From positions 128,001 to 192,000 of the forward strand of contig CP186953.1 of the NCBI GenBank assembly GCA_049570475.1: 64,000 nucleotides of DNA. The letters run 5' to 3'. Shown here piece after piece: positions 19,194-29,267 of the stretch. The notes under the pieces were generated by a model, which worked only from the letters and a program-made list of their open reading frames with translations, ran no database searches and was not told the origin of the DNA. The DNA comes from Candidatus Methanosuratincola verstraetei (GTDB taxonomy: Archaea; Thermoproteota; Methanomethylicia; Methanomethylicales; Methanomethylicaceae). The position numbers and the translations under genes were made by a program. Positions within the stretch are counted from its first letter, which is position 1. Each line of letters starts with the position of its first letter.

Positions 19194-20132
19194 TCAGTAG
19201 CAGATCTCACCCGGCCTCTTTTTTATGTAGCTGTATGCCGTAAGGGCTGCCGTAGCACCCTGCCCTGCCGCGATTATCACCTGCGCGTACGGGGTGTCGG
19301 TTATGTCGCCCGCGGCGAAGAGGCCCTCGCAGCTAGTCCGCCCGGACTTGTCTGTGATTATCTTTCCAGCAGCGTCTGTCGCGACAAGATGCCTGACGTA
19401 GTCGAGCTTTATGTCCCTGCCTATGTCCAAGAAGACCTCGTCGACCCTCAGCTCCCTCTCCTCTCCAGTGGCGGTGTTTTTCAAAATCACAGACTCGAGG
19501 GCGTCTCCGCCCCTCATCTCGGTTATCACCGTGTTAAGCAAGAATTCCACGTTGGGGATAGACCTCAGGCGCACGAGTGTCAGCTCGTCGCCCCTGAAGC
19601 AGTCCCTGCGGTGTATGAGGTAGACCCTCGCGGCGAACCCAGAGAGGAGCTCAGAGCGCTGGAGCGCAGTGTTGCCACCGCCCACAACTGCTACAACCTT
19701 GCCTTTTATCCTGTCAGCATTGCACCTCAGCGAGAGGTTTACCCCCCTGCCAAAGAACCGGTCCTCTCCCGGGACGCAGAGGCGGCGGGGTTGTCGCCCC
19801 CCAGTCACGATGACAGCCTTCGACTCGAAGTCGCCCGCTGAAGTATGGACCTTGAAGGCATCGCCCTCTTTTTCTATCCTCGTCACCTCGGCAAGGATGA
19901 ACTCTGCCCCGTACTCCTTGGCCTGGGCTTCGAAGGCGGCGGCCAGCCCCATCCCGCTCTTCTCCAAGTATCCAGGGTAGTTGTCGATCTTCTCGGTCTG
20001 TAGGACCTGCCCGCCGATGTCCAGGGTGATAACGAGGGTATTGAGGAGCCGCTTCCTCGCGTAGACTGCCGCAGCGAGGCCGGCGGGCCCCCCACCGACA
20101 ATTATGAGATCATATAGAACCAGGCAAACCAC
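19194..20132 (-). CDS. Thioredoxin-reductase-like FAD/NAD(P)H oxidoreductase with SxxC instead of CxxC
   Basis: GGGPAG, IDNYPG, GRGVNLSLRCN (canonical GVSYCATCD), GGGNTA, HRRDCFR, GLFAAGD. Confidence 0.82.
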   Translation of the reverse strand: MVCLVLYDLIIVGGGPAGLAAAVYARKRLLNTLVITLDIGGQVLQTEKIDNYPGYLEKSGMGLAAAFEAQAKEYGAEFILAEVTRIEKEGDAFKVHTSAGDFESKAVIVTGGRQPRRLCVPGEDRFFGRGVNLSLRCNADRIKGKVVAVVGGGNTALQRSELLSGFAARVYLIHRRDCFRGDELTLVRLRSIPNVEFLLNTVITEMRGGDALESVILKNTATGEERELRVDEVFLDIGRDIKLDYVRHLVATDAAGKIITDKSGRTSCEGLFAAGDITDTPYAQVIIAAGQGATAALTAYSYIKKRPGEICY

Positions 20133-20153
20133 CTGCCAAAAATTGGCTGAGCG

Positions 20154-22106
20154 CTATCCCTTCATGGTGAGGAGCTCTGCCTTCAGCTCCTCGTATGCGC
20201 GCTTCACCTCGTCCACGCTCGCCTCGTCCTCGAGCGTAGTGATGTCACCCAGCTGGCGCTCCTCAACAACGGCTGCGATTACCCTCCGCATTATCTTCCC
20301 GCTCCTCGTCTTCGGGAGCTTGTCAACGAAGTAGACCGCCCCGGGTGCGGCTATAGGTCCTATCGTGTTCCTTATGTGGTTTATCAGCTCGATCCTCAGC
20401 TGCGGCGACGGTACGTGCCCTGGGCGCAGCACGACAAACGCGACCGGCACCTGCATCTTTATCGGATCAGACTTGCCGACGACAGCCGACTCAGCCACAG
20501 CCGGGTGCGATATTAGGGCGTCCTCCAGCTCAATGGTTCCTATCCGGTGCCCCGCCACCTTTAGGACCTCGTCCGCCCTACCGAGTAGCCAGAAGTACCC
20601 GTCCTCGTCCTTCATGGCAAAGTCCCCCGGGTAATAGCACCCGGCGAACCTGGTGAAATATATGCTCCTGAACCGCTCAGGGTCCCCCCAGAGGGTCATG
20701 AACTGCCCTGGCCAAGGCTTCCGTATCACCAATAGCCCCTTCTCGTTCGGGCCTGCGATCCTGCCGTCCTCGGTGAAGACCTCGGCGTCCACGCCCGGCA
20801 GGGGGAGCGTGGCGGATCCGGGCTTCAGCGGGATGGGGGCGAGCCCCGGCTGCGGCGCTATCATGATACCGCCAGTCTCGGTCTGCCACCAAGTATCTAC
20901 AATCGGCGCCCGCTGTCTGCCTACGTTGGTGTAGTACCAGTTCCAGGCCTCAGGGTTAATCGGCTCCCCCACGCTCCCGAGTATCCTGATGCTCGAGAGG
21001 TCGTGGCGCTTGACCCACTCCTCACCGTATTTCATGTGCATTCTTATCGAAGTGGGGGAGGTATAGAATATCGTAACCCCGTACCTCTCGACGAGGTCCC
21101 ACCATCTGTCCGGCATCGGGTAGTCAGGCGCCCCATCGTAGATGAGCGATGTCGCACCGCTTATGAGCGGCCCGTAGACGACATAGGTATGCCCGGTTAT
21201 CCACCCTATGTCCGCGGTGCACCAGTAGATGTCCCTGTCGTCAATGTCAAAGACGAGCTTCTGCGTGAAGTGAGTCCAGACCATGTAACCTGCGGTGCCG
21301 TGTGTCGCCCCCTTAGGCTTCCCGGTGGTCCCTGACGTGTATAGTATGAAGCTCGGGAAGGTCCCCTCCAGCCGCTCGGGCTCCACATACCTGCTCGCCT
21401 GCTCTGCGATTTCGTGGTACCAGACATCCCTGTCCTCGACCATCGCAACGTCGCCTTCTCCCCTCCGGACGACCAAGACCTTCTCGACCGTGCTCGTATG
21501 CTTCAGGGCCTCGTCCACTATCGCCTTGATAGGGATCGCCCTGCCGCGCCTGCATGACACGTCCGAAGTGATCACCATCTTGCTCTGCGAGTCGTTCACC
21601 CTGTCGGCGATGGCCTGTGAGGTGAAGCCGGCAAAAATCACTGAGTGTATCGCGCCTATCCTTGTGCACGCAAGCAGGCACGCCACCAGCTCAGGGATCA
21701 TCGGCATGTAGACCGTGACCCGGTCTCCTTTGGAGATGCCGAGCGACTTCAGGACGGAGGCGAACCTGTTTACCTCCTTGTAGAGATCGTAGTAGGTGAG
21801 GGCCCTCCTCTCGCCTTCCTCTGATTCCCAGTAGATGGCGACCTTGTTCTTCCTCCAGCTGTTCACATGGCGGTCAAGAGCATTGTAGGAGATATTCGTC
21901 TTCCAGAGCGGGAACCACCGCGCGTAAGGGGGGACTTCGATGGGCTGGAGGACGGGCCCGTTCTTCTCGTACCAGAAGAGCTCGTCGGCAAACCTGTGCC
22001 AGAAGGTCTCTGGATCTTCAAGGCTCTGCCTGCGTATCTCATTCATCACGTTGACGTCAGGGTGTGCGGTCTTCGAAGTGGGGAGTACGCTGAGGATCCT
22101 GTCCAA
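20154..22106 (-). CDS. acs: AMP-forming acetyl-CoA synthetase
   Basis: YTSGTTGKPKG, WCTADIGWITGH, DTWWQTETGG, LPKTRSGKIMRR. TTG start at 22106 follows GGAGGT (the ORF extends to 22190). Confidence 0.93.
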   Translation of the reverse strand: MDRILSVLPTSKTAHPDVNVMNEIRRQSLEDPETFWHRFADELFWYEKNGPVLQPIEVPPYARWFPLWKTNISYNALDRHVNSWRKNKVAIYWESEEGERRALTYYDLYKEVNRFASVLKSLGISKGDRVTVYMPMIPELVACLLACTRIGAIHSVIFAGFTSQAIADRVNDSQSKMVITSDVSCRRGRAIPIKAIVDEALKHTSTVEKVLVVRRGEGDVAMVEDRDVWYHEIAEQASRYVEPERLEGTFPSFILYTSGTTGKPKGATHGTAGYMVWTHFTQKLVFDIDDRDIYWCTADIGWITGHTYVVYGPLISGATSLIYDGAPDYPMPDRWWDLVERYGVTIFYTSPTSIRMHMKYGEEWVKRHDLSSIRILGSVGEPINPEAWNWYYTNVGRQRAPIVDTWWQTETGGIMIAPQPGLAPIPLKPGSATLPLPGVDAEVFTEDGRIAGPNEKGLLVIRKPWPGQFMTLWGDPERFRSIYFTRFAGCYYPGDFAMKDEDGYFWLLGRADEVLKVAGHRIGTIELEDALISHPAVAESAVVGKSDPIKMQVPVAFVVLRPGHVPSPQLRIELINHIRNTIGPIAAPGAVYFVDKLPKTRSGKIMRRVIAAVVEERQLGDITTLEDEASVDEVKRAYEELKAELLTMKG

Positions 22107-22393
22107 AAATGTGACCTCCCTGAGAGGCCTAGCGATCTCTCGTTGTCCTAGTCTCCGAGTTCTTCTGCTTGCACTGTGCCGTGATGTCATTTAACTGAAC
22201 GTACATTGTTTTTGGCATAGGCAAATTATTTCCTTGACTAAGTATATAAGAATTTCGTAGAATTACAATTATTTATAATTATAGATTTTGGGTAAAAATG
22301 CCTTAAAGGGGCAAATATACGGTACGACAGCGCTCAAATCAGAGGGGTTCTCGACTGTCTCTTGCAGCCTCAGCCCTTTTGCTCAGGGTTCGG

Positions 22394-22789
22394 CTATTCG
22401 ATCCCCATGAGGGCGAAGCTGATCTGCCTGATCTCGCGGTTCGCCTTCATCCCGTCTATCAGCTCCTTCAGGCGCCTTGACTGCCCCTTCACGACCATCA
22501 CCTCAAGGCAGGTGGTGTCGTCCATATGCGAGTGGAGGAATGTGGAGATGATGTCCCCAAACTCATGCTGCAGGCGGAGCTGTGCCTCGCCCTTCTCCCT
22601 CTTGTCGTATAGGACAGTTATAGTGGCCATCACTTCGCCCTCGATCTTTTCCAGCGACCTGTACTCGGTGATGTACTTCCGTACTGCATGCCTGATGACT
22701 TCCGATCTGCTGGCGTACCACTCCTTCCCGAGCACATTGTCGAGCTCAGAGAGGAGATCCTCGGGGAGAGAGATGCTCACGATCACCAA
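22394..22789 (-). CDS. nikR: NikR-family metal-responsive ribbon-helix-helix regulator
   Basis: VSISLPEDLL...SRSEVIR RHH domain, with metal ligands in QHEF, HSH and CLEV. Confidence 0.88.
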   Translation of the reverse strand: MVIVSISLPEDLLSELDNVLGKEWYASRSEVIRHAVRKYITEYRSLEKIEGEVMATITVLYDKREKGEAQLRLQHEFGDIISTFLHSHMDDTTCLEVMVVKGQSRRLKELIDGMKANREIRQISFALMGIE

Positions 22790-23006
22790 TTTTCATACCA
22801 TCCATTTCGATAATATTCCATCCATTATTCAAATCCATTTCCGCGCCAGAGCAGGGTGCACCACTCGCTTTTCCTTTTTTGAGCGAGCCCTGGATGGCGG
22901 CAAGGACGCATTTCCACCTTTCTTATCGGGGCGCAGGTATATAATTATGCCACGGCACCGGAAGGACCCATCTCCGAACGGGTTGCCGCCCCTGGCACGG
23001 AAAGGG

Positions 23007-23828
23007 TCACCCAAGCCGCGCGTAGGCTGCGACGATCAGGTAAACCGCCACCATTGTGAAGACGATGATGCCGCTGGTGGCCACATTGTAGAACGCAGAG
23101 ACGATCACCCCCAGGACAGTGCTGAGGACCCCAATGAGCACAGTCGAGACCACAGTCCTCCTGAAGGAGAGGCGCAGCTGGAGGGCTGCGAGTGCTGGGA
23201 GCACGATCAGCGCGACCACCAGTATGATCCCGATTATCCTTATGGAGAGTATGATCGTCAATGCGACTATGAGGTTGAATATCAGGGATATCGTGCGGAC
23301 CGGGATCCCCATCATCCTCGCGGACTCTGCATCGAAAGTTATGGCCAAGATCTCCTTGTAGAAGAGCGTGAGGAATGCCAATACCACCAACCCCAGAGCC
23401 GTGACGAGCAGCAAGTCCTGCTGGCTGATGGTGAGGATGGACCCGAACAGGTATGTGAAGAGGTCGACGCTGAAGCCGCCTGCCAGGCTTACCACTATCA
23501 GCCCTGTCGAGAAGCCTAGGGCGAGCATTACAGCCGTCGCAGAGTCGGAATGCGCCAACCCTTTACCCCTCATGTAGCTGATGCCCAGGACCGCGAGGAT
23601 CGAGACGACCAGCGCAGAGAGGATCGGGTCGATGCCCAGGAAAATCCCAATGGCTATCCCGCCGAATGCGGTGTGCGCTACCCCGTCGACTATCATTGCT
23701 TCCCTCCTAAGCACAAGGAAGAGGCCGATCCACCCGCAGGCAAATGCCGCCAGGCTTCCGCCAATCAAAGCGTACTGGAAGAACTGGTAGCCGAGCAGGT
23801 CGAAGAATGAGAAGGCAGGGCTAATCAT
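23007..23828 (-). CDS. znuB: Zn/Mn-type ABC permease (ZnuB/ABC-3)
   Basis: LRREAMIVDGVAHTAFGG, YLFGSILTI, FDAESARMMG. Confidence 0.88.
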   Translation of the reverse strand: MISPAFSFFDLLGYQFFQYALIGGSLAAFACGWIGLFLVLRREAMIVDGVAHTAFGGIAIGIFLGIDPILSALVVSILAVLGISYMRGKGLAHSDSATAVMLALGFSTGLIVVSLAGGFSVDLFTYLFGSILTISQQDLLLVTALGLVVLAFLTLFYKEILAITFDAESARMMGIPVRTISLIFNLIVALTIILSIRIIGIILVVALIVLPALAALQLRLSFRRTVVSTVLIGVLSTVLGVIVSAFYNVATSGIIVFTMVAVYLIVAAYARLG

Positions 23829-24600
23829 TCCTGAACTCCCCCTTGCATTCGTGCCTGTGGAAGACGAAGTGGAAGTGCTCGCCATAGGCCTTCCGGAGTA
23901 TCTCGTTCGGATCCACATCAGGCGTGATCTCTGCCACGTTGACCTCCCTGTTGACGCAGATGAGCTTCGACATCCTGCAGAAGACTGCGGTGAGGTCGTG
24001 CGACACCATCAGGATCGTGATGCCCTTCCTCTGGTTGAGGTCGCTCATCTTCTGGTAGAACTTCTCCTGGGTGACGGCGTCGATCCCAGCCACCGGCTCG
24101 TCAAGGATTATAACATCGGGATCCCTGACCAGCGCCATCGCGACGAACATGCGCTGCTTCTGACCGCCCGAGAGCTCCCCTATCCTCTTCCCCGCAAGGT
24201 CGGAGATCCCCATGAATTCAAGAGCCTCGTCGACCCTACTCCAGTCAGCCCTCTTGAGGGGCCTGCCGATGCTCCTCGGACCTAGCCGGCCGAGGGAAAC
24301 GAGCTCCCTCACCGTGAGCGGGAAGTCGGAATCGAAGTTGATTGCGTCCTGCGAAACGTAAGCAATCTTCCCCCAGTCTGAGAACCTCTCGAGGTCTTTG
24401 CCGAAGATCTTAACTGTGCCCCTCTGCCGCGGGATGATGCCCAGAACGGCGAGCAGCAAGGTCGTCTTCCCGCCTCCGTTCGGCCCGACTATGCCAACAT
24501 AGTCCCCTTTGTCGATCTCAAAGCTCGCGCCCTGGATGACCAGCGCGCCAGAACGCATCACATCAAGGTCCTTGACTTCGATGACGGCTCCCCGCTCCAT
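23821..24600 (-). CDS. znuC: Zn/Mn-type ABC ATPase
   Basis: GPNGGGKTT, LSGGQKQR, LDEP, VSHD, His-rich tail HFHFVFHRHEC. Confidence 0.88.
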   Translation of the reverse strand: MERGAVIEVKDLDVMRSGALVIQGASFEIDKGDYVGIVGPNGGGKTTLLLAVLGIIPRQRGTVKIFGKDLERFSDWGKIAYVSQDAINFDSDFPLTVRELVSLGRLGPRSIGRPLKRADWSRVDEALEFMGISDLAGKRIGELSGGQKQRMFVAMALVRDPDVIILDEPVAGIDAVTQEKFYQKMSDLNQRKGITILMVSHDLTAVFCRMSKLICVNREVNVAEITPDVDPNEILRKAYGEHFHFVFHRHECKGEFRND

Positions 24601-24713
24601 TGTCTTCCACCATTCCCCCTGCTCTTAACTGATGAATTCGGCTAAAAAAGATTATTTGGCAGGCATCATTGAATTTTGGTCATGTTCTCACACAGCTACA
24701 CCGGATCAAAAAA

Positions 24714-25670
24714 TCATCCGGCTAAAAGCCCAGACTTCAGGTTTTCGAGGTTCGAGGCGAGCTGATCTAGGTAATCCTTCCCGTCGACCGGACCGAGCGC
24801 CAGGTAGAGCTTCAGGATCTTCACCGCCATCCCCGTTTGGCTCTCGAGCTCACCCTTCAGCGTATTAATGTACGATGGCGAGTATGCAGGGTCTACGTAA
24901 AGGACCGAGATGTTGTGCTCGACCATAAAGTCGACAAGCGCACGCAGCTCCTGGACGCTTGGCTGCTTGTCGGCTGTGAGGCCTATCACGCTGCGCTGCT
25001 CGAATCCGTATCTGCTGCAGAGGTACCCGTAGGCGCCGTGGGATACGATTATTTCGCTCCGAGACTTGTTCGCAAGCTCCTGCTGGTACCTTGCATCCAG
25101 CGAATCTAGCTTTGCCTTGAGGGTGTCCCATCTTGCTTTGTAATACTCTGAATGACTCGGGTCGACCTCCACCAGTGCTGAGTATATCCTCTCTGCCTGC
25201 TTCCCAGCCATGTATGGCGAGATCCAGGTGTGGGGGTCATACTCCCCTCCATGATCGTGCTCATAGGCTTCAGGCTCGCCCTCGCCCAGGGCAAGGAGCT
25301 CCAAGCCCTCGGTCGTGTCCAAGACCACCGTCCGTGACAGGTTAAGCGAGGGCAGGACTTTCTCATTGAACCATGGCTCGAGCCCCGCCCCGTTCAGGAC
25401 TATCAATTCGGCATTTGTCAGTGCGATCATGTCGGAGACGGACGGCTGCCAGGAATGCACTTCGGTGTTGTAAGGGATAAGCGATCTGACCAAGACATGG
25501 TCGCCGCCTATCTCCTGGGCCATGTAAGCCAGCGGGTAGAAGGTCGCGACCACGCTGACCTTCCCGTCTTGCATTTGGGACTGCTGACCGCCAAGGACAT
25601 AAAGGGAAACCAGAGCGACTGCCAATGCCCCAAATACTGCCAACAGGAAGATGGCCTGCCGAGAATTCAT
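24714..25670 (-). CDS. znuA: Cluster A-I metal-binding protein (ZnuA-like)
   Basis: N-terminal anchor, EVHSWQPS, EHDHGGEYDPHTWISP, SHGAYGY. ATG 25670 with a GGTGA RBS. Confidence 0.88.
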   Translation of the reverse strand: MNSRQAIFLLAVFGALAVALVSLYVLGGQQSQMQDGKVSVVATFYPLAYMAQEIGGDHVLVRSLIPYNTEVHSWQPSVSDMIALTNAELIVLNGAGLEPWFNEKVLPSLNLSRTVVLDTTEGLELLALGEGEPEAYEHDHGGEYDPHTWISPYMAGKQAERIYSALVEVDPSHSEYYKARWDTLKAKLDSLDARYQQELANKSRSEIIVSHGAYGYLCSRYGFEQRSVIGLTADKQPSVQELRALVDFMVEHNISVLYVDPAYSPSYINTLKGELESQTGMAVKILKLYLALGPVDGKDYLDQLASNLENLKSGLLAG

Positions 25671-25732
25671 AAAGTCACCGATCAACACTCCCAACTGTTG
25701 CTTATTAAATTTTTGGTAATCTGATAATAAAT

Positions 25733-25762
25733 ATTATTAAAAATATTTAAACTATTAATAAT
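25733..25762. promoter_or_regulatory. Putative NikR-type operator upstream of znuACB
   Basis: ATTATTA-N16-TAATAAT. The 16-nt spacer matches NikR-box geometry, but the context is AT-rich. Confidence 0.55.
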
Positions 25763-25802
25763 CAATCCACGGGGAGGGATAAATATGTGGTGGCGAGAAC
25801 AG

Positions 25803-26612
25803 ATGATCATGCTCTCGGAAATGCTCAGGGACAAGAAGGGGTTCATTTTCGATCTGGACGGGTGCATATACTTAGGCGACCGCCCCATACCAGGCGCTAG
25901 CGAGACAATTGGCATGCTAAGGAAAGAGGGGAAGAAGGTCCTCTTCCTGACCAACAACTCGACAAGGACTCCCCAGGAGTACGCCCAAAAGCTCAAAGGG
26001 ATGGGGATCGAAGCAGGGGAAGGCGAAGTCCTGACCTCCTCTGTGGCCACAGCGATGTACTTGAAGCGCTTCGGGACCGGAGAATGCTTTGTGTTAGGCG
26101 AGCAGGGGCTGATCCAGGCCCTCGAGAGGGAGGGGTTTAAGGTGCTCAGCGCGGGCGAGGCAAGGGGAGCCCGGTACGTCGTGTGCGGGCTGGATATGCA
26201 CTTGACGTACGAGAAACTGGCAGCGGCCTGCCATGCCATCCAGAACGGGGCAAGGTTCATAGCGACAAACACTGATCCGAGGCTGCCGATCGATGGGGGG
26301 TACGTCCCCGGGGCGGGATCTATAGTTGAGGCGGTGGCGACCGCGACCGGGCTTAGGCCTCTGGTCATAGGCAAGCCGTCCAAGAGGATAATGAAGATAG
26401 CCCTGAAGGCGATGGGCCTGGGGGGCTCCGAAGTCGCAATGGTCGGGGATACACTCAAGATAGACATTGCGGCTGCGCGGCGGGCTGGCATCACAGGGGT
26501 GCTCGTCCTTTCAGGTTCCACAAGGATGGAAGACCTGGAGAAGAGCCGCATAAGGCCAGACGCAGTAATCCCTAGCGTGGCAGAGCTCCAGAAGGCGTTT
26601 TCTAAAAAATGA
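25803..26612 (+). CDS. HAD-superfamily class IIA phosphatase (NagD-like)
   Basis: FDLDG, LTNNS, IGKPS, MVGDTLKID. Exact start uncertain (25785/25803/25809). Confidence 0.9.
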   Translation: MIMLSEMLRDKKGFIFDLDGCIYLGDRPIPGASETIGMLRKEGKKVLFLTNNSTRTPQEYAQKLKGMGIEAGEGEVLTSSVATAMYLKRFGTGECFVLGEQGLIQALEREGFKVLSAGEARGARYVVCGLDMHLTYEKLAAACHAIQNGARFIATNTDPRLPIDGGYVPGAGSIVEAVATATGLRPLVIGKPSKRIMKIALKAMGLGGSEVAMVGDTLKIDIAAARRAGITGVLVLSGSTRMEDLEKSRIRPDAVIPSVAELQKAFSKK

Positions 26613-26654
26613 AAAGGAAATATTGACGGATCAGCCGGAGGCGCTAAGGCGCGG

Positions 26655-27605
26655 TCACTTGCTGAGGAGCCTCCAGGAGAGCATGATTCCCACTATCGAG
26701 AATGCTGCAGCGAAGGCGGTAAGGTAGGCAAAGTCGAATGCGAGCGTGCCCATGCCCCCAGCCCCCAGAAGCATCTGCCTGCCAATGTCGGTGGCATAGC
26801 TTATCGGGTTGATCTTGACGAATGCCTGTAGCCATTCGGGCATGAAGCTTGCTGGGAAGAGCGCATTGCTCCCGAATAGGAGCGGCAGGTTCAGCAAGTT
26901 TACTACAGCCATCTGGGTGTTCTGGTTTGTTGATCTCAAGGCAAGCATGAGGAAGATTGCAGAGAAGCCGAACGAAAGGAGGGCTAGCGAAGCAAATGTC
27001 CCAAGAACGCCTATCGCGGTAATGTTGGAGATGTTCATCCCCAGCAGGACTGCCAGCACCAGTATTATTGATGCCTGCACTAGCGACCTGATGACGCTGG
27101 AAAGGATCTTGGACATCACGATTGACCCCCTTGCGACAGGGGTGCTCATGACCTTATTCAGTGTGCCGAGGCGCCGATCCCACACTATCGACATCCCGCT
27201 GAACATGGCAGTGAAGAGCACTATGAAGGAAAGCATGCCGACAGCCAAGAAGGAGAAGTAATCGGTCGTGCCGAAGACGTTCAGCATGAGCATTGTCCCG
27301 AGCTGGTTAATTATCTCCTTCGGTATATTCAGGCCAGGTATGCTGAATGCGCCGTCAGTGAAGATCGCGCCGAAGTTCATGGCCTTTCCGAAGAGGCCGA
27401 GCCAGAGCACTGGCTGGATCAGCGAAAGGAGCAGGATCACGGGGTTCTTGTACCACTTCTTCAGCTCCCTGTTCGTGAGCGCCCAGAGCCCGTGGTACGG
27501 GCTGCTGCTGATTATCGTTGAGTTGGACTTGTCCCCAGGCGCGGGAATTCCCCCTGCCGGCTGCACCAGATTCTTATTCGCTTCTGCGGTGGTCAAGTCG
27601 CTCAC
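26655..27605 (-). CDS. ABC-2 type exporter permease (DrrB-like)
   Basis: RELKKW, SIVWDRRLG, PVARGSIVMSK, INPISYA. Confidence 0.88.
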   Translation of the reverse strand: MSDLTTAEANKNLVQPAGGIPAPGDKSNSTIISSSPYHGLWALTNRELKKWYKNPVILLLSLIQPVLWLGLFGKAMNFGAIFTDGAFSIPGLNIPKEIINQLGTMLMLNVFGTTDYFSFLAVGMLSFIVLFTAMFSGMSIVWDRRLGTLNKVMSTPVARGSIVMSKILSSVIRSLVQASIILVLAVLLGMNISNITAIGVLGTFASLALLSFGFSAIFLMLALRSTNQNTQMAVVNLLNLPLLFGSNALFPASFMPEWLQAFVKINPISYATDIGRQMLLGAGGMGTLAFDFAYLTAFAAAFSIVGIMLSWRLLSK

Positions 27606-28636
27606 CTCCTCGCCCTCCTCATAATCATCCTCTGGCGCATGGCCTGAGTCCGGTCGCCGTTCTCCTCGCGGATCGACTTGCCGGTGAGCTCAAGGTAGAC
27701 CTGGTCGAGCGTCGGCCTTGTCAGGGAGATCTTGTTCACGCGGTAGCCCTTCGACCTGAGCGCATCGATTACCATCGGTGCGGTCACCTCCCCCAACTCA
27801 GACTTTATCCGGTACTCAGACGGCGACACCCGCTTCACTTCCTTGACGTGCTGCACCGAGGAAATTAGCGGGGTAAGGTCATCGTCTGACTCCTGGACGC
27901 CGAGCTCAATGACATCGCCGCCCAGGCTGTCCTTCAGTTCCTTGGGGCTCCCTATCTTGACGATCTTTCCGTGGTCGATTATCGCTATCCTGTCGCATAG
28001 GGCGTCGGCTTCCTCCAAGTAATGGGTCGTCAGGAACAGTGTCATGCCATACTCCTCCTTGAGCTTCCTAATGTATTGCCAGACTGCTGCACGGGTCTGG
28101 ACGTCAAGGCCGAGGGTAGGCTCGTCCAAGAACAAGACCCTCGGGTGGTTTATCAGGCCGCAGGCGAGCTCCAGCCTCCTGCGCATCCCTCCAGAGTAAG
28201 TCTCCACCTTCCGGTCCTTCGCGGCCTCGAGCTCCACGAGCCTCAGCAGCTCATCAGCCCTCTCCCTAGATATCCTTCTGGGGATGCCGTAGAGGTCCGC
28301 GCAGAACATTATGTTCTCGTATCCGGTGAGATCCTCGTCCGCTGTGTACTCCTGCGGCACGACGCCGATCCTCTTCCTGACCTCGTTCGGCTCCTTCAGT
28401 ATGTCGAAGCCGCAGACGGTGGCGGTCCCTGAGGTCGGCCTCAGCAGCGTAGTGAGCATGCTGATTGTCGTTGTCTTACCGGCCCCGTTCGGGCCCAAGA
28501 AACCGAATATCTCCCCCTCGTAGACATCGAATGTCACCCCATCCACCGCCACGACCGTACCATTGAACACCTTCTTTAGGTCGCGGATCTGCATTATTGT
28601 CCTTCTTCCGCCATTCGCATCCATCTCTCCATTCAT
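27602..28636 (-). CDS. ABC exporter ATPase (DrrA-like)
   Basis: GPNGAGKTT, YSGGMRRR, LDEPTLGLD, TTHYLEEA, PTLDQVY. Start uncertain (28624-28666). Confidence 0.9.
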   Translation of the reverse strand: MNGEMDANGGRRTIMQIRDLKKVFNGTVVAVDGVTFDVYEGEIFGFLGPNGAGKTTTISMLTTLLRPTSGTATVCGFDILKEPNEVRKRIGVVPQEYTADEDLTGYENIMFCADLYGIPRRISRERADELLRLVELEAAKDRKVETYSGGMRRRLELACGLINHPRVLFLDEPTLGLDVQTRAAVWQYIRKLKEEYGMTLFLTTHYLEEADALCDRIAIIDHGKIVKIGSPKELKDSLGGDVIELGVQESDDDLTPLISSVQHVKEVKRVSPSEYRIKSELGEVTAPMVIDALRSKGYRVNKISLTRPTLDQVYLELTGKSIREENGDRTQAMRQRMIMRRARR

Positions 28637-28649
28637 TTCCATCACCACA

Positions 28650-29234
28650 TTAGTCAGATTGAACATTACCAGCTTCCAGATCCCTCAGCGCAGAGTTGAC
28701 CCACCTGAGCTCCTTCTCGAGGAGCAAGGAGTACTCCCTTAGCCTGTACTGAGTCTCAGCCTTCGGCTGCTCTTGTGATTTCAGCGCACAGGCAGCCCTT
28801 ATCATATCGAAATGCCCCTTCAGGGCGTCCACCAGGAAACCAAGGGCTTCGTGCTCCCCCATCATCTCAAGGAAGATCCCCCTCAGGGACTCGACCCGGT
28901 GCCCGGAGGCGCGGATCTTCTCCTTTGTCTTTTCGAGCACCAGCCTCCCTTTGGGCGTCAGCGAATAGACCTTCTGGTTGGACTCTTCCCCGGCATCAAG
29001 GCACTCGATGTATCCGGCAGCGACCATCTTCTTCAGCATGGGGTATAAGGCGCCGGGTCTTGGGCGCCACGCCCCGCCCGTCTTCGCCTCGATGTCGTGA
29101 AGGATCTCATAGCCGTGGGAAGGCTTGGTGCCTAGCCGGTGCAATATGTACATGAAAAGCAGGCCCCTTGGGGCAGACTGCGGCGTGAATGACGCTTGTG
29201 CTTCATCTGGCCCGCAGCCGAGTGGATCTGGCAT
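28650..29234 (-). CDS. PadR-family transcriptional regulator
   Basis: PRGLL...PSHGYEI...PRPGALYPML...KVYSLTPKG. Confidence 0.85.
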   Translation of the reverse strand: MPDPLGCGPDEAQASFTPQSAPRGLLFMYILHRLGTKPSHGYEILHDIEAKTGGAWRPRPGALYPMLKKMVAAGYIECLDAGEESNQKVYSLTPKGRLVLEKTKEKIRASGHRVESLRGIFLEMMGEHEALGFLVDALKGHFDMIRAACALKSQEQPKAETQYRLREYSLLLEKELRWVNSALRDLEAGNVQSD

Positions 29235-29267
29235 AACACCGCAATCAGGCGGACTGATATTTAAATG

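Noticed and set aside
19720-19745. Selenocysteine recoding or a frameshift explaining the missing TrxR cysteine
   Set aside because: The codon is TCG (Ser), the frame is open, and the flanking motifs are in register.
22267-22280. AATTAT-TT-ATAATT upstream of acs as an acetate-regulon site shared with satP (61462-61471)
   Set aside because: Both are pure A/T and can be explained as TATA regions. The similarity is too weak.
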